A stretch of DNA of 64,000 nucleotides from Balamuthia mandrillaris (lineage: Eukaryota), in NCBI GenBank assembly GCA_031835245.2, contig JAVKOQ020000056.1, positions 62,001 through 126,000 on the forward strand, written 5' to 3'. The notes beneath the pieces were generated by a model that did not search any database, was not told the DNA's origin, and saw only the letters and a list, made by a program, of their open reading frames with translations. A program made the position numbers and the translations under genes. Positions 61,591 to 64,000 of this stretch are shown here, piece by piece (positions within the stretch are counted from its first letter, which is position 1; the number at the start of each line of letters is the position of its first letter).

Positions 61591-62479
61591 AGAGCAGAAA
61601 GAGAATCTTGAGAAGAGAGATATAATAGAGGAGAAGAGCGAGACCGGAGAAGAGAAAGAGAAGAGATAGAGAGAGAAAAGAAAAGAGAGAAGAGAAGAGA
61701 GAAGAGAGAAGAGAGAAGAGAGAAGAGAGAAGAGAGAAGAGACAGAGGGAGAGAGTATGAAGCGAACCTGTTGTTCGTTGAGTTGAGCAATGGGAGTAGG
61801 ACCTCTATCAGAGGGCGGGAGGTAACACAGGTCATGCATGTCCCAATACTTGAGACTGTGCGGGCCAACGTCCGAAGCCGTTACGCACTTCTCCTCGTCA
61901 TACTGCATTATTATTGTGCATTGAAATGAGTCTTTCAAGAGAAGCGAAGCAAACGACAAGCGAGAAAGAAAGAACGAAGGAAAGAAGACCTGCAGGCAAC
62001 GGGTCAAAGCAGCATGCGGAGCAAAAGCATGCATGGTGGGCGTTCTCTGGAAGCGCTGCCGCAGGCACATTCTGCTCTTCAGCCTCTGCTTCCACCGAAC
62101 ATGCGGCTTCTTCTTCTTCTTCTTCTTCATTTTACCTTTATGTCCTATTCCTCCTCTCTCTTCTCCCTCTTCTCTTCCCTCTCCTCTTCCCTCTCTTCTT
62201 CCCTCTCCTTCTCCACCTCCTCTTTCCCTCTCCTCAGGGCCAAAGGTTCTTCTCCACAGGGCAGCCCAGAAGGCGTCTTGGTGCTGCAGCCGCGTCCAGA
62301 GGTCCTTGCAGGTGGAGCTCAGCGCATGAAAGTCGCGCAGCTCGAGGTTCTGGCATACTTGCAGGTGCAGCTCCAGCGGTAGCTCCAAAAAACTTGGGGT
62401 CGTCGTCGTCGTTGTCGTCTTTGGTGGTCGAGTCTGGGCAGAGGCCGCTCTCTTCTTCCTTCTTCGTTTCAAGTATCAT
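60188..62479 (-). CDS. F-box / WD40-repeat protein (apparent 1-nt frameshift near the 5' end)
   Basis: F-box FLELPLELHLQVCQNL...STCKDLW. WD repeats GHRNLVWTLHF...ATGSRDHRILVW and SAGDDGQLGLWD. The ATG at 62479 is out of frame by 1 nt at the T6 run. Confidence 0.8.
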
Positions 62480-62802
62480 GTCGACACGGATTATCTTAAT
62501 GTAGTGCAGCTTAACTGCAGATTTGCTGCTTTAAAGGACCACAAAGCGAGAACAGATGTCACAACGGTGCACAAGGTGTGCAAAATAAGAGCACGATAAT
62601 GTCGACATATAATAAAAAGAAAGGAAAACAGCGGTGAAAGCCGAAGAAAAGAGGAGAAGCGGAGAAGCGGAAGGAGAGAGAGAGAGAGACACACACGCAC
62701 TCCAAAGGGAAGTCTCCCACCACTACCGCTGCTACTCACGACACGTACACGTAACGTGCCAGTGTTACCCCACAACAACAAACAACAACAAAAAAATAAC
62801 GA

Positions 62803-63990
62803 ATGAGTATCGAAGAGGCAGTGCCGACCTACGCCTTGGGCGCCCTCGTGGCTGGAGGCGGTATCATGGGCTTCAAAAAAGCCCGCTCGTGGCCTAGGTT
62901 TGCTTTCTCTCTCTCTCTACTTCGTCTTCTCTTTTTTTATTATTTTGTTAATAGTGTTTTTTTTTAAAGCCTTATTTCAGGGCTTGGCTTTGGTACCTTG
63001 TTTGTGCTCAGCGGAGAGCTGATGAGAAAGCCAGAGTCGGCCACTACTGGCAAAGTTACTTCCTTTGGTTTGTTTCCCTTTTTTTCTTTTTTGGGCTCTT
63101 TTGCTTCTTCATGTTCGTCTTGTTGTAGTTGTTGTTGATCTTTTTCTTCTCCTCCGTCTTGCTGTTGTTCTTGTTCTTCTTTTGCTTCATGTTCTCCTTC
63201 TCCTTCTTCTTTTTCTTCTTCTTCGTTCTTTGTTCTCCTTCTTATTGTTCTTCTTCTTCTTGTCTTCCTTTTCTGCTTGTTCTTCTTCTTCTTCTTCTTC
63301 TTCTTCTTCATGTTCTCCTTCTTCATCTTCTTCTTGTTCTTCTTGTTCTCCTTCTTCTTCTTCTTCTTCTCCGTCTTGCTGTTGTTCTTCTTCTTCTTGC
63401 TTCTGCTTCTTCTGATCCATTTTAACGTACGGCCATTGAAAGCCTCGTCTATCCTGCTGACAAGCGCCATGTACCAACGCTTCAACAAGACAAGAGCGCT
63501 CTTCCCAGCGGGAGCCATGTGCGGTCTCGGCGTGGTGGCCACCGTCTACCACGGCAACCTCTTCTTCCCCGAGGGCCAAGGGCTTCGTTACCTGGCCGGC
63601 AAGGCCAGAAGGGACGGACGTCTGGAAGAGGTCCGACTGGAAGCCCCCAGGACGCATCGTTTGGATGCCAAGCACAAAGAAAGGGCGAGGGAGGAGCTGG
63701 AGGAGAACGAGCTGGCGATGGAAGAGGTGGACGAAGAGGCGGAGAGAGCCATGAGGAGCCATGAGAAGCTTGTGGCCAACAGGTTGTCCCCATCGTCATC
63801 CACGACAAGCAGCCATTTCACCTCTTCCTCCGCTCCTCATCCCAAGGAGGTGGCAACGAGCCAAGACGACGATGAGGAAGAGGACGCCTCGTCGCCCTCG
63901 ACCTCCTCCACAACGGTCGCAACGACCATCACCACCGATGCCCAAAAGAACGACGACAACAAAGAAGAGGACGAGGAGGAGGACGACTAA
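62803..63990 (+). CDS. TMEM14/FAX-family membrane protein with acidic C-terminal extension
   Basis: YALGALVAGGGIMGFKKARS.PSLISGLGFG...RFNKTRALFPAG; two introns. Confidence 0.85.
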
Positions 63991-64000
63991 CAGGAAGAAT

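Overview
Gene-dense eukaryotic nuclear DNA with about 21 protein-coding genes, most interrupted by short GT-AG introns. Many introns are filled with pyrimidine-rich microsatellites ((CT)n, (CTT)n, (CTTT)n, (TTG)n) on the sense strand, which produces most of the low-complexity ORFs in the six-frame track. Gene content and style suggest a free-living amoebozoan (Acanthamoeba/Balamuthia-like); this is inference, not a database match. Genes in order: DUF547 protein (3' part), DUF1647-like membrane protein, RPS4, AT-hook protein, BAR-RhoGAP-SH3, hemerythrin-like protein, F-box/Rho-like GTPase fusion, sulfotransferase, GRAM-ankyrin-SAM-TKL kinase, PWWP/TFIIS-N protein, GT71 mannosyltransferase, an orphan, tandem AAA+ ATPase, STRAP, F-box-SPRY-UBA, CDP-DAG synthase, RA-repeat/CH-CH protein, class II CPD photolyase, beta-trefoil protein, glycerol kinase, GGCT-like protein, F-box-WD40 and TMEM14. 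The most notable non-coding signal is an intergenic 82-bp-arm foldback (16542-16809) whose transition mismatches are all G-U compatible on the + strand, making it a candidate miRNA/hairpin-RNA locus. Other signals are a tRNA-like B-box cluster (50916-51038) and recurrent promoter motifs (GTCGACA, triplicated GACGACRTG, X-box-like). All domain calls come from motif recognition by eye, and exon boundaries are manual predictions.
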